A program made the translations under genes and the position numbers. Of a DNA stretch of 64,000 nt, positions 10,001 through 21,442 are shown piece by piece. Each line of letters opens with the position of its first letter. The stretch's first letter is position 1. The notes below the pieces were generated by a model, which worked only from the letters and a program-made list of their open reading frames with translations, was not told where the DNA came from and did no database searches. The DNA is from Nemertoderma westbladi (Eukaryota; Animalia; Xenacoelomorpha): the NCBI GenBank assembly GCA_032718475.1, contig JAUCBJ010009006.1, positions 1 through 64,000 on the forward strand, written 5' to 3'.

Positions 10001-13000
10001 ATACATGAGGAAGGTGAAACAGAAGATGACGCAGGTGGACGTGTACAAAATCTTTATAGCAAACCTTCAAAGGGTCAAGCAAAGTTTCCTTTTAAGAAAC
10101 CTCAACGTGATTTATCTATAGAAAATAAATCAAAACCAATCAATAATGCAATTGCAAATTACTTGGCTGAAGCATATAGTGACCTTTTGACTGATGTCAT
10201 AGATGGTGGAACTCTAGAAGGTTCTTGTCTTAACTCCATTGGTGATAACATAAAAATGAGCAAAGAACCTTGTATTAGATGCAAGAAAGGAGGGCATAGG
10301 ATAACACTCTGTGATGTTTTCAAAAATGACTCTATTGCAACTAGGCGAGAATTCCTTCGTAAGAATCATTTATGTTTCATATGTTTGCGACCGGGACATC
10401 TTCGTTTAGACTGCAGATCTTCTTTACGATGTTTCAAATGTAAGGGTACTCATAATCTTTTGCTTCATGTCGACAAAACACCCCCAGCACTTGATAGGGT
10501 TCATAAAATATGCGAACTAGTAGAAGAAACAGTTAACAATAGTGATATTATAGATACTGATGAATTTGAGGAAAATGAATTTACTGATGAAGAAACTTGC
10601 GATTCTCGATATGTATATAAAGCATTGACATATGAGGAGGATACTAAGATTCATCCAGCAGGTTCAAAGAATCAAGATCGTATAAGAGAGTTTCCAATTC
10701 TGCAGGTTAGAATTAGGGGAACAAGAGGACTAGTGACTGTAAATGCTCTATTAGATAGTGGTAGCTCTCTTTCCTTTATTGACAAAGAGTTAGCTGAACT
10801 AATTTTTCAAGGGCAAACTAGGAAACCTCTACGGTTAAATCTCTCTGGTGTTATGGATGTATGGAAAACTACAGTACAAACAGGTTATTATGAAGGAGAT
10901 TTATTGCCTGCTGACAGGATGCTCAGTGGTATTGTTCCACATGCTAGGTTAGTAGTCATTCCTAACTTCCAAACTAGTCAATCTACACCTTATGATTGGG
11001 GGAATGACAAATTTACACTTCAACATAAGATTCCATATCATGCTGTAGACTATCCAGGTATTAATTTATTAATAGGACAAAACTTGCATGAAGTGTTTGA
11101 ACCCTTGAACAAAATTCTGAGTAATCCATTACCACTTCAAGATTATGCAGTCCTGACACGGTTGGGCTGGTATTGTACTGGGCCCTCAGAACGTACATTA
11201 TATGAACGTGGTACCGGTATCGCAAAGGATCACATAGTTGGTAATTCAGTAGACATTCCCTGTTCTTCCAAAGATGTCTCCGATAGTTCTGATTCGGAAG
11301 TTGAATGGTCCAGTGAGGCACTGTGCTGCACCAATACTGATCCAATTGGCCTGATGCCCGAGGAAGAGATACTTCAATGCCAAACTCATCTATGTAATCT
11401 GCTTCATGATTCTACCACTCATTTAGATAATCCTTCTACCTGTGAATCTTTAGCACCAATTGAAGAAGCTATTAATAAACTTAGACTTACTGAGAAAGTT
11501 ATTGCTTGGCTTGATCAAGACAAACTTGAACATAATGCTAATGCAAAAACCCTGTCTGTGGAAGATGAACGATCACTTCAAATTCAACAAACTACTCGAC
11601 GATTTATCCCTGAAGAAGGGAAATATGAAATTGGGCTCCTATGGCGAGCTCAAGAACCAAACTTAATTAATAACCTTCCCTTGGCTCTAACTTGTGCTCA
11701 ACAATTAAAACGTTGATTATTAGCCAACAAAGAAATACACAAGATGTATTCCGATAAAATGAGCCATTATATTTCAAATGGATATATGGAGGAGATTCCT
11801 CCTCATACTCAAGATACCAACAGAACATATTATTTACCACACCACTTTATTCAACGAGAAGATAAACCAGGATGCATACGAGTTGTTAAAGATGGTGCTG
11901 CAATGTACAAAGGTCATTCATTAAATACAGAACTTATGTCTGGCCCTAATCTTCTCCGGTCTCTTACAGGAATTTTAATTCGCCTACGCCAATATAATAT
12001 TGCATTTGCATCCGATATTAAGGAAATGTTCCTTCAGGTGAAGGCATGTGAAATTGATCGTGATAGCTTAAGGATTCTGTGGTGGCCTGAGGGTAAACTA
12101 ACTTGCGAATTGCGCCAATATAGAATGACAATCCAGGCCTTTGGTCTAATATCAAGTCCTTCAAATGCCAGTTTCATACTGCAAAGTACAGCTGATGATA
12201 ATAAATTGAAGTTTCCTCCAGGGGTCATTGACAATATAAAGGAAGATTTTTATATGGATGACAATTTGTGTTCTAAACCTACTGTGGAGGAAGCAATTGT
12301 TACAGCGAAAGGCACAATTGAATGTCTGAAATTAGGAGGTTTTAAGCTTACTAAATTTGTAAGTAATTCAAAGGAAATGCTATCCTCTATTCCGAAAGAC
12401 GACAGGGCTGCTACTGATATAGATCTTTTTAAAGAGCCTCTGCCTGTTACCAAAACCCTAGGTTTACGATGGAATACTGAGGCAGATCAATTATACTTTC
12501 AAGTGAAGCCACGTGGTGGGGAAGTCAGAACGAAGCGCATTTGTTTAAGTATATTGTCTTCTAACTTTGACCCTCTGGGTTTTATTTGTCCTATTACTCT
12601 ACGAGCTAGGCAGTTGGTTCAGAAAATGTGGAAGCTTGATACAAACTGGGACGACCATTTGGATGGGGTCATATTGAAAGAGTGGAAAGCTTGGGAATCA
12701 CAATTACCAGCTATTGATCAGCTATTAATACCCAGAAAATATTTCTATAATGCTCAACCCTACCATCAATATGCATTACATATGTTTAGTGATGCTAGCA
12801 CACAGGGCATGGGTGTTACTGCATACTTTCGCAAGGAGGATGATACTGGTGTCGAAGTATCCTTAGCCTTCGCCAAAGCGAAGCTTAAACATGAGTCATT
12901 AGACATTCCTAAGGCAGAGCTTCAAGCTGCCGTATATTCTGCCATTGTAGCAAATGATCTTATTGAACAAACCAAATATAAACTACATCAAATTGTCTAT

Positions 13001-14986
13001 TGGACGGATGCAGCACTGGTTCTGCAATATATAACTAATAGTAAATGTGAGTTTAGTGTCTTTGTCAGAAATCGAAGGCATGTAATTCTGAATACTTCAA
13101 AGCCGGAACAGTGGCGTTATTGTCCAGGCCCACTGAATCCAGCAGACATTGCATCCCGAGGAGCTACTCCTTTGGAGCTGTTACACACTGAGTCTTGGAT
13201 TCATGGTCCAGAATTTCTTCAACAACCTGAAATAAATTGGCCTAAACAACTCAGTCAACAACAAATAGAACAGGCCAAGGGAGCAGAAATAATCAGGCCA
13301 AAATCCAAACCCTCAAAGTCCAAACTTTTACGAAACTCACTTGGCTCCTCAAATAACTATATCATTATTCAGAATACCTTTACTGGTAGTAAACTAGATA
13401 TTCTAGATAAAACATTCTGGACAAATGCACCGGATCTACCTGACCTTTCTTTGGGTGTTTCTCAAAGATTAGAGAATTATTTCAACCATTACAGTTCATG
13501 GAACCGCTTATGTCGTGCAGTAACCTATCTTAGGTTACTCTTCCACTATTGGTACAATCAACGTCAGACACGAAAATTCATGTCTCTGCAAGAAGTAGAC
13601 TGTACAAACTTGAAACTTTTACGTATCACACAAAAACGAGATAACCTTAATGATTATGACAAGTTGCTTACTCATGCAAACCTTATACTTAGCAACCGAT
13701 ACAGTAGCATAATGAGAGATGGGCTTATTAGAGTCGGTGGGAGATTGACCAATGCTCCTCTTTCATTCGACACTAAATATCCAATTTTAGTGTATGATAC
13801 AAGAGTGCAAACAAAAATCATTTCTGATGTTCATAAGTCATTATTGCATGCGGGTCGAGAATATATCCTCAATCAAATACGCACGCGTTATTATTTTGTA
13901 CACCCTCGCAAGGCCTTGAATTTTGTACTTAATGAGTGTATTCCATGTAAGAAAATTAACTGTAGACCTATGACACAATTAGAGGCTGCTTTACCACTTG
14001 AAAGACTTGGTAGTTACTCACCCCCATTCACTTTCACAGGTGTCGACCTATTTGGGCCTATTGAAGTAAAAAGGGCTCGTACTTTGGTAAAGAGATGGGG
14101 TGTACTGTTCATTTGTCTGACTTGTCGAGCAGTGCATATTGACATGGTGAACGACCTTAGTATGAATAGTTTTTTATTATGCCTTAGACGGCAAATTGCA
14201 AGATATGGAACAAGCGAAGTGGTCCGATCAGATAGAGGCACAAACTTTATCGGTTCTTCGAATGAGATCACAAAACTTATAACAGACTGGAATCAACAAC
14301 AACTTGATGATTCTCTCAAAATCAAGGGTTCTGACTGGAAATTTATTCCTAGTCATGCTCCTTGGTATGGAGGAAGCTGGGAACGGCTTATTCGAAGTGT
14401 AAAAATCTCATTGAATCATATATTGCCGTGTAAAGCATACCTTAATGATGAATTACTGAGAACCCTTTTTGAGGAGATTGCATCATACATAAATGGGAGG
14501 CCTCTTATGCCTGTATCATCCGACCCTCACGCTTTAGAGTCTCTCACACCCGCTCACTTCATGATGAAGAAAAAGGTCACCATGATACCCATTAGTGAAC
14601 CCACTGATGGAGATGAGTACCTCCGTCAAACCTGGCGTATAATGCAACTTCTAACAAAGCGCTTCTCAATTCACTTCGAGAAACATTATTTGCCAAGTAT
14701 TCATTTACGCACTAAGTGGTTTGCAGAACAGAGGAATGCACAAGTTGGAGACATGGTACTTCTGGTTGACGACAATCTTCCTCGCAAGTATTGGACTACT
14801 GGTCGCATTACAAAGGTAATTCTAGGTAAAGATGGAAGGGTGCGTGAAGTAGAAGTTCTTTCTGACCAGGGACAGCACCTCAACAGAGCTATTGGTAGAT
14901 TATGTCTATTGGAACGAGCCCGTGAGCTATCTGGGAACTATGGACAACAACCAAATAAACCTGAAATTATCGAATATACTCAATAA
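7017..14986 (+). pseudogene. BEL/Pao gag-pol broken by three apparent frameshifts (~7930, ~8310, ~9526) and one in-frame TGA (11714-11716)
   Basis: Gag core (KFNGQLLEWIPF...YGN); three Cys-His boxes (CIRCKKGGH, CFICLRPGH, CFKCKGTHNLLLH); protease LLDSGS; RT YYLPHH, DIKEMFLQV, FYMDD; Pao RNase H FSDAS, IPKAEL, YWTD, NPADIASRG; integrase LLH..CIPC, GVDLFGP, SDRGTNF, WERLIRSVK. Frames join across the lesions, e.g. GMP-N-GIDNAWDILKRRYGN and KR*LLANKEIHKM. Confidence 0.9.
11744..14986 (+). CDS. Uninterrupted RT-RNase H-integrase portion of BEL/Pao pol (1080 aa)
   Basis: FYMDD, FSDAS and the D,D,E integrase motifs are all intact; in frame with the upstream ORF across a single TGA. Confidence 0.8.
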   Translation: MYSDKMSHYISNGYMEEIPPHTQDTNRTYYLPHHFIQREDKPGCIRVVKDGAAMYKGHSLNTELMSGPNLLRSLTGILIRLRQYNIAFASDIKEMFLQVKACEIDRDSLRILWWPEGKLTCELRQYRMTIQAFGLISSPSNASFILQSTADDNKLKFPPGVIDNIKEDFYMDDNLCSKPTVEEAIVTAKGTIECLKLGGFKLTKFVSNSKEMLSSIPKDDRAATDIDLFKEPLPVTKTLGLRWNTEADQLYFQVKPRGGEVRTKRICLSILSSNFDPLGFICPITLRARQLVQKMWKLDTNWDDHLDGVILKEWKAWESQLPAIDQLLIPRKYFYNAQPYHQYALHMFSDASTQGMGVTAYFRKEDDTGVEVSLAFAKAKLKHESLDIPKAELQAAVYSAIVANDLIEQTKYKLHQIVYWTDAALVLQYITNSKCEFSVFVRNRRHVILNTSKPEQWRYCPGPLNPADIASRGATPLELLHTESWIHGPEFLQQPEINWPKQLSQQQIEQAKGAEIIRPKSKPSKSKLLRNSLGSSNNYIIIQNTFTGSKLDILDKTFWTNAPDLPDLSLGVSQRLENYFNHYSSWNRLCRAVTYLRLLFHYWYNQRQTRKFMSLQEVDCTNLKLLRITQKRDNLNDYDKLLTHANLILSNRYSSIMRDGLIRVGGRLTNAPLSFDTKYPILVYDTRVQTKIISDVHKSLLHAGREYILNQIRTRYYFVHPRKALNFVLNECIPCKKINCRPMTQLEAALPLERLGSYSPPFTFTGVDLFGPIEVKRARTLVKRWGVLFICLTCRAVHIDMVNDLSMNSFLLCLRRQIARYGTSEVVRSDRGTNFIGSSNEITKLITDWNQQQLDDSLKIKGSDWKFIPSHAPWYGGSWERLIRSVKISLNHILPCKAYLNDELLRTLFEEIASYINGRPLMPVSSDPHALESLTPAHFMMKKKVTMIPISEPTDGDEYLRQTWRIMQLLTKRFSIHFEKHYLPSIHLRTKWFAEQRNAQVGDMVLLVDDNLPRKYWTTGRITKVILGKDGRVREVEVLSDQGQHLNRAIGRLCLLERARELSGNYGQQPNKPEIIEYTQ

Positions 14987-16774
14987 GATGAAGACAACAT
15001 ATACAGAATGGCACAGATTACCATACTATAGTAGCTACTGGTGTATTCATTCCTTTATAGCATAATTGTAAAGTACCCCGCATACAATACAATTCAATCC
15101 ATAATGCATTATTCTTTACAGACTGTTGTTACAGACTTATTAGGTCTCCTAGATGTTCTTATTAGGCCTCCTAGATACACTAGTATTTATATTACATATG
15201 CACTTGTATTGATTCTCGGGATTTGTATATATTTATGTCTGTGTATAAAAATGTACTCAATTGTACTGATTGTATAATTCAGTTATATCATTTATATGTA
15301 TGTTTGTATCCGTGAGCCTGGTATGTATGATAAAGAGCCAGTATGTGTGGGCATGCGCAGCCAGTTGTATGACGGCTCTTGTGTATTAGTGGATGATAAT
15401 TGAACATTTCAGTAAATAGTATATGTAATATATGTACAAGACAGCTAAGCCTATTTCGTGTTTAGATAGATAATTAAATCACAAAATATCAAAGTATGAG
15501 GCTAAAGTTGTCACGGGAGCGGAGGAAATTAATATTTCGGTACGACCGGATGCAACTTTGTGTATGGATAGATCATAAGTGATTTATTGAGTTTTTATCA
15601 CTTCCTTCTTGCTAGTTAGAATGCTGTGATACCTAATTAAAAATTATATTCAAGACCCGGCTCTATATAAAATTACAATAATTGGACATTTCCAGATCTG
15701 AATGAATGACGCGATACTCTAACTACGCTCGATCTCTAGAATATTTACCCTCATTATTCGTTATTCATTACTCATTACTCAATTATATGAATATTCATAT
15801 AAATTGCCAATTGCTTGTTTTTATATACTTTTTTATATACAACTGTAAATATTCTTGAAATCACAAAAGACCGAGACACCAATTAAATCCAGTACCGTAT
15901 ATTGTATGAATGTGATGTAATGGAGTGGCGCATGTATTGTATATACATATATCTCATATATATATCTTCTAACTATGAGTGTTACAGTAGAAACTGGTGA
16001 ATAAGGGGTTTGGGAATGGGTGGTCTGGCATAAGCCTTGCGGTATGCCCCTCTAAAGTACCAAGTTAACCCCGAAGAATGTATTTACGTTGCAGAATGTT
16101 CGGTGATACCTGCTCGCCCAGTGTGGGGCAACATGTCATGGTGATTGTTACACACTCCATATTGTGCTTCAGCGAGTGGGACCTGGTGGGCTTCTCTGGT
16201 TCAAAGATAAATTGGGGGCTTGTCTGGGAGTTGACTGATGTATACCTAGTTGACTGATGTATCGCGGCTCGATCAACCGGAACAAACTAGTACTGGGAAA
16301 AATCCGTTCGTCGCTCCGAATGTACTGATTTCGCGAGAATATCTACAGGACTACATAACTTAACTCATAACTTTGATCGCATCTGCCACGTTGTTCTCGC
16401 AATTGCGACCACGATGGTTTAACCAATATTCAACAATGATGTAGGTAGCTTTATTATTTAGTATATATATTATATATGTATTGTTATGCAGTATATGTAA
16501 TGTACTTATTGGGAGTGCTTCATTATGATTGTATATTAACTTTGGTTATAGAATAGTATTTTATGTTATACTTTATTATTCCAGTATATATGATATCTTA
16601 ATGGAAATATTTTTATCCTATGCATGCAAGCAAGTAATGAACTAGTAAAATTTGCAACAATGTGCGATTTATATTTATAGGCGACTTACTATTGTTTCAT
16701 TCTTTGAAAGAGTTTGTGTTTTGAGAAAATTGTAGTATTTTATATGTTTTTGGGACATGCCACACAAACCCTTT

Positions 16775-16782
16775 GGGGGCGG
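16775..16782 (+). promoter_or_regulatory. Polypurine tract of BEL element 1
   Basis: GGGGGCGG directly before TGTTCG; equivalent to GGGAGCGG before the 3' LTR of element 2. Confidence 0.75.
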
Positions 16783-17343
16783 TGTTCGTGAAACTCGCCT
16801 ATATTTAGTTTATCTGTTATAGGCCCTATTCAGTATCTTAAATATCGTTATAAGCTCTCATTAGTTTATATTCCATAACCTGATTTCACAAATGATTATG
16901 TTCCCCTATTACGGTACAGTGAATTCATTACTATTATTATTAATAACTTGATATATTCTGCCGTCCTAAGGCAAATCCATGAGGGCCATATTGGTGGTTG
17001 GTTAGGTTATTGAAACGTAATTTATATTGTGCGCTTTCTTTCTTTCTCATATTCTGCTTATTGTAGAAGATTCAGCTGTAACAACCATATGGCAGTTAAT
17101 GAGATTTACAGCTTTCTGACGCTGTGATTGGTTGAATTTCTAGGGCAATCGCAGCTGCTGTACTTGTGTATAGGACATACCTCTTTGTTATGTGGTATAT
17201 AAGGCCTTGGTTTAATATTGAGCGGTGATTATTAATTTATCCCTCACCGTAACGCGATAGAGTTGCTATAGGAAAGCAATAAAATACCATCGCTCCGTGA
17301 CAAACATCGCGTTGTGAGTTATAAAAAGTCAGCGGCGCGAACA
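16783..17343 (+). repeat. 3' LTR of BEL element 1 (561 bp)
   Basis: 6-bp inverted termini TGTTCG/CGAACA, TATATAA at 17196, AATAAA at 17278. Sequence switches exactly to macrosatellite spacer at 17344. No second copy in the window. Confidence 0.8.
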
Positions 17344-17375
17344 GGGAAATAAGCATTTTTTTTTTGGGGAATATG

Positions 17376-19797
17376 TTTTATCCGCTGAGACATACCGAAT
17401 TACCTTTCAGCGACCTTTTTATCCACTGAGACATAAAAATTCTCTTTCAGCAACCTTTTTATCCGCTGAGACATACAAAATTATCTTTCAGCAACCTTTT
17501 TATCCGCTGAGACATACAGAATTATCTTTCAGCGACCTTTTTATCCGCTGAGACATACAAAATTATCTTTCAGCGACCTTTTTATCCGCTGAGACATACA
17601 AAATTATCTTTCAGCGACCTTTTTATCCGCTGAGACATACAAAATTCTCTTTCAGCGGCCTTTTTATCCGGTGAATTCTATTTCAGCGGCCTTTTTATCC
17701 GCTGAGACATACAAAATTCTCTTTCAGCGGCCTTTTTATCCGCTGAGACATACAGAATTCTGTTTCAGCAACCTTTTTATCCGTTGAGACATACAAAATT
17801 CTCTTTCAGCGGCCTTTTTATCCGCTGAATTCTATTTCAGCGGCCTTTTTATCCGCTGAGACATACAAAATTATCTTTCAGCTGCCTTTTTATCCGCTGA
17901 GACATACAGAATTCTGTTTCAGCGACCTTTTTATCCATTGAGACATACGCAATTCTCTTTCAGCGACCTTTTTATCCGCTGAGACATACAAAATTATCTT
18001 TCAGCTACGTTTTTATCCGCTGAGACATACAAAATTCTCTTTCAGCGGCCTTTTTATCCGCTGAGACATACAAAATTCTCTTTCAGCGGCCTTTTTATCC
18101 GCTGATACATACAGAATTCTGTTTCAGCGACCTTTTTATCCGTTGAGACATACAAAATTTTCTTTCAGCGACCTTTTATCCGCCGAGACATACAAAATTA
18201 TCTTTCAGCAAACTTTTTATCCGCTGAGACATACAAAATTCTCTTTCAGCGGCCTTTTTATCCGCTGAGACATACAAAATTCTCTTTCAGCGGCCTTTTT
18301 ATCCGCTGAGACATACAGAATTCTGTTTCAGCGACCTTTTTATCCGCTGAGACATACAAAATTCTCTTTCAGCGGCCTTTTTATCCGTTGAGACATACAA
18401 AATTATCTTTCAGCGACCTTTTTATCCGCTGAGACATACAAAATTATCTTTCAGCGACCTTTTTATCCGCCGAGACATACAAAATTATCTTTCAGCAAAC
18501 TTTTTATCCGCTGAGACATACAAAATTCTCTTTCAGCGGCCTTTTTATCCGCTGAGACATACAAAATTCTCTTTCAGCGGCCTTTTTATCCGCTGATACA
18601 TACAGAATTCTGTTTCAGCGACCTTTTTATCCGTTGAGACATACAAAATTTTCTTTCAGCGACCTTTTATCCGCCGAGACATACAAAATTATCTTTCAGC
18701 GGCCTTTTTATCCGCTGAGACATACAAAATTCTCTTTCAGCTGCCTTTTTATCCGCTGAGACATACAGAATTCTGTTTCAGCGACCTTTTTATCCGCTGA
18801 GACATACAAAATTCTCTTTCAGCGGCTTTTTTATCCGCTGAGACATACAGAATTCTGTTTCAGCGACCTTTTTATCCGCTGAGACATACAAAATTCTCTT
18901 TCAGCGGCCTTTTTATCCGTTGAGACATACAAAATTCTCTTTCAGCGACCTTTTTATCCGCTGAGACATACAGAATTCTGTTTCAGCGACCTTTTTATCC
19001 GCTGAGACATACAAAATTCTCTTTCAGCGGCCTTTTTATCCGTTGAGACATACAAAATTCTCTTTCAGCGACCTTTTTATCCGCTGAGACATACAAAATT
19101 ATCTTTCAGCGACCTTTTTATCCGCTGAGACATACAAAATTATCTTTCAGCGGCCTTTTTATCCGCTGAGACATACAAAATTCTCTTTCAGCGGCCTTTT
19201 TATCCGCTGAGACATACAAAATTATCTTTCAGCGGCCTTTTTATCCGCTGAGACATACAAAATTCTCTTTCAGCGGCCTTTTTATCCGCTGAGACATACA
19301 GAATTCTGTTTCAGCGACCTTTTTATCCGTTGAGACATACAAAATTATCTTTCAGCAAACTTTTTATCCGCTGAGACATACAAAATTATCTTTCAGCGAC
19401 CTTTTTATCCGCTGAGACATACAAAATTATCTTTCAGCGACCTTTTTATCCGCTGAGACATACAAAATTCTCTTTCAGCAACCTTTTTATCCGCTGAGAC
19501 ATACAAAATTTTCTTTCAGCGACCTTTTTATCCGCTGAGACATATAAAATTATCTTTCAGTGACCTTTTTATCCGCTGAGACATACAAAATTATCTTTCA
19601 GCGACCTTTTTATCCGCTGAGACATACACAATTCTCTTTCAGCGACCTTTTTATCCGCTGAGACATACAAAATTATCTTTCAGCGGCCTTTTTATCCGCT
19701 GAGACATACAAAATTCTCTTTCAGCGGCCTTTTTATCCGCTGAGACATACAAAATTCTCTTTCAGCGGCCTTTTTATCCGCTGAGACATACAAAATT
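17376..19797. repeat. 41-bp satellite array 1 (~59 monomers)
   Basis: Consensus CCGCTGAGACATACAAAATT(A/C)TCTTTCAGCG(A/G)CCTTTTTAT. Confidence 0.97.
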
Positions 19798-19948
19798 TCT
19801 ATATTGTTCACAATATATCCATATTGGGAGCAATAATTATTAGCTCAAATTAATTAGTTACAATCCATTCAATATTCAAATAAAAATAATGTTAATTTAA
19901 GTTAATTACATTTTATCGTAAAATAATTCATAGTGTCGAAGATTCACT

Positions 19949-20160
19949 GGGCAGGTGTAAAACGCGGATCCGGATTCCAAAATTATCAATTAAGGGAACG
20001 GAGCAGGTTACAGTGGCACGTTATTTAAACCAAAACAATGAACTAAAGTCAATTGAACAGGTTATAGTTTTATTTTTGGGAGTTTATAAAAATGTAAAAA
20101 AATCGACTTCCGAGGGACAATGTTAAATGTAGAATCCGGATCCGCGTTTTACTGTGACCC
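19949..20160. mobile_element. Mutator-like MITE (212 bp) inside each spacer
   Basis: TIR core GTAAAACGCGGATCCGGATTC / GAATCCGGATCCGCGTTTTAC, GGG...CCC ends, perfect 9-bp TSD AGATTCACT (19940-19948 and 20161-20169). Confidence 0.8.
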
Positions 20161-20529
20161 AGATTCACTGAGGTTTTATGCAAACTTTTATCAATAGAGC
20201 GATGATTATATTGAATTCGCCACTAATTGAATGCCACCCCAAATTAGATGATTTCATACCAAAAAAATTATTTAGCACCAAATATATTTTGTTGTAGCAC
20301 CAATTCACATCCCCAATTTTGAATATCCCTCTCACCAAAAACAATTATTCATCCCCCAAAACCAGGCCCGTATGGTGACCATAATATCTGGGGGGGGGGG
20401 GGGGGGGGGGCAGAGGCCAAATCTGGGGGGCATATAGCTTTCGTTTATTATTTTGGTTCCCCCAACACGCCTCTGTAACCTGCTCCTTTACTAACTGTAA
20501 CAACACGCCTCTGTAACCTGCTCCTTGTA

Positions 20530-20780
20530 GAGTGTTTGCGAACCGTTAAGGTGGCGTACAACTCTGCATTCAGACATCTATTTGAGTATAGGCGTTGCGA
20601 CGACGCTGACACAATATTTGTCTGCCACCGTGTTAACAACTTCAAAGCTGTCAGCCGGGTACTGGCATTCTCGTTGCGTAATCGCGTCGCAATTTCCTGC
20701 AATCCAATCCTTGTACAGTAGCTTGTGCAAACTTAGGTTACTCATCTCTCACTGATCGATGGGATGTGCTGCTTCTGTAA
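20530..20780 (+). mobile_element. 5'-truncated non-LTR retrotransposon ORF2 C-terminal fragment (RTE-X-like) inside each spacer
   Basis: LRTVKVAYNSAFRHLFEYRRCDDADTIFVCHRVNNFKAVSR...SCNPIL resembles the post-RT consensus LRVAYNxxFRxLxxxxRxxSASxMF...F...R...SxNxI known from LINE ORF2 ends (recognised from memory). Confidence 0.6.
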
Positions 20781-21442
20781 TGCTCACCCCCCACTTCATG
20801 GCTTGCCCCCACATTATCGCGGCCTTCTCATATTTCAAATCCTTGCAAATATTATATAATATGAATTAATTCAATGTATATCTTATTATTTTTTTTTGAA
20901 TACATCACACGCTACCGGTACTCAATTTTAATATTTAATATTTTGAATTCAGTAATGGGAATTGCTATTCTTTCGGTATTGGTTGGGCAGTGCCTGAGTG
21001 TATCTTTTTTTTGTTTTTTTTTGTATAATATTGTGCTTTCAAATTGCAAATGCGGTACCTTGGATATCGATTTAATTTAGTATTCTATATAGTATTCAAT
21101 GTATCCTTGTGCATTTAGGTATTAATTGTGCTATGCTGTTAAAATTGGTAGTAATAATCTGTACAGTATGTTTTATGGGCTCTGCCCGATGAATAAACTT
21201 GAAATTGAAAAATTGAAATTTACTAACCTCACCTTTAAAAGGGAATGGGAAATGGGACCTAACGCTCTTTGGGACGACTTTACCTCTTTGCTTTGTACAG
21301 AAAGGGCAGTAAAGTTCTTTGATCTTTGTTTTATACTCACCCGACGATCCTCGTACCAATAGCCTGCCACTGAGTGTCTGTTTATTTTGGTAGAATATTT
21401 GATTATTTTGGGGGAAATAAGCATTTTTTTTTGGGGAATATG

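Larger units (their letters stand above)
7017..17343 (+). mobile_element. BEL/Pao LTR retrotransposon 1, degenerate; 5' LTR not present in window
   Basis: BEL-type gag-pol fragments, ~1.8-kb 3' non-coding region, PPT GGGGGCGG, 3' LTR with TGTTCG...CGAACA termini. Confidence 0.9.
19798..21442. repeat. Spacer copy 1 of macrosatellite (~1.64 kb); further copies at ~24899-26537, 29329-30973, 32545-34187, 37279-38921, 41325-42971, 44431-46076 and split 46636-47209/59333-60399
   Basis: Each copy starts TCTATATTGTTCACAATAT and ends GGGGAATATG; copies differ by a few SNPs and homopolymer lengths. Confidence 0.95.

Noticed and set aside
15041-15277. Hydrophobic 78-aa ORF after pol as env remnant
   Set aside because: GTG start, short, and AT-rich composition explains the hydrophobicity; no env motifs.
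19798-21442. rDNA, 5S, snRNA or histone repeat unit with satellite-containing intergenic spacer
   Set aside because: No recognisable rRNA, tRNA, snRNA or histone sequence in the spacer by eye. An Infernal/Rfam scan would be the decisive test.
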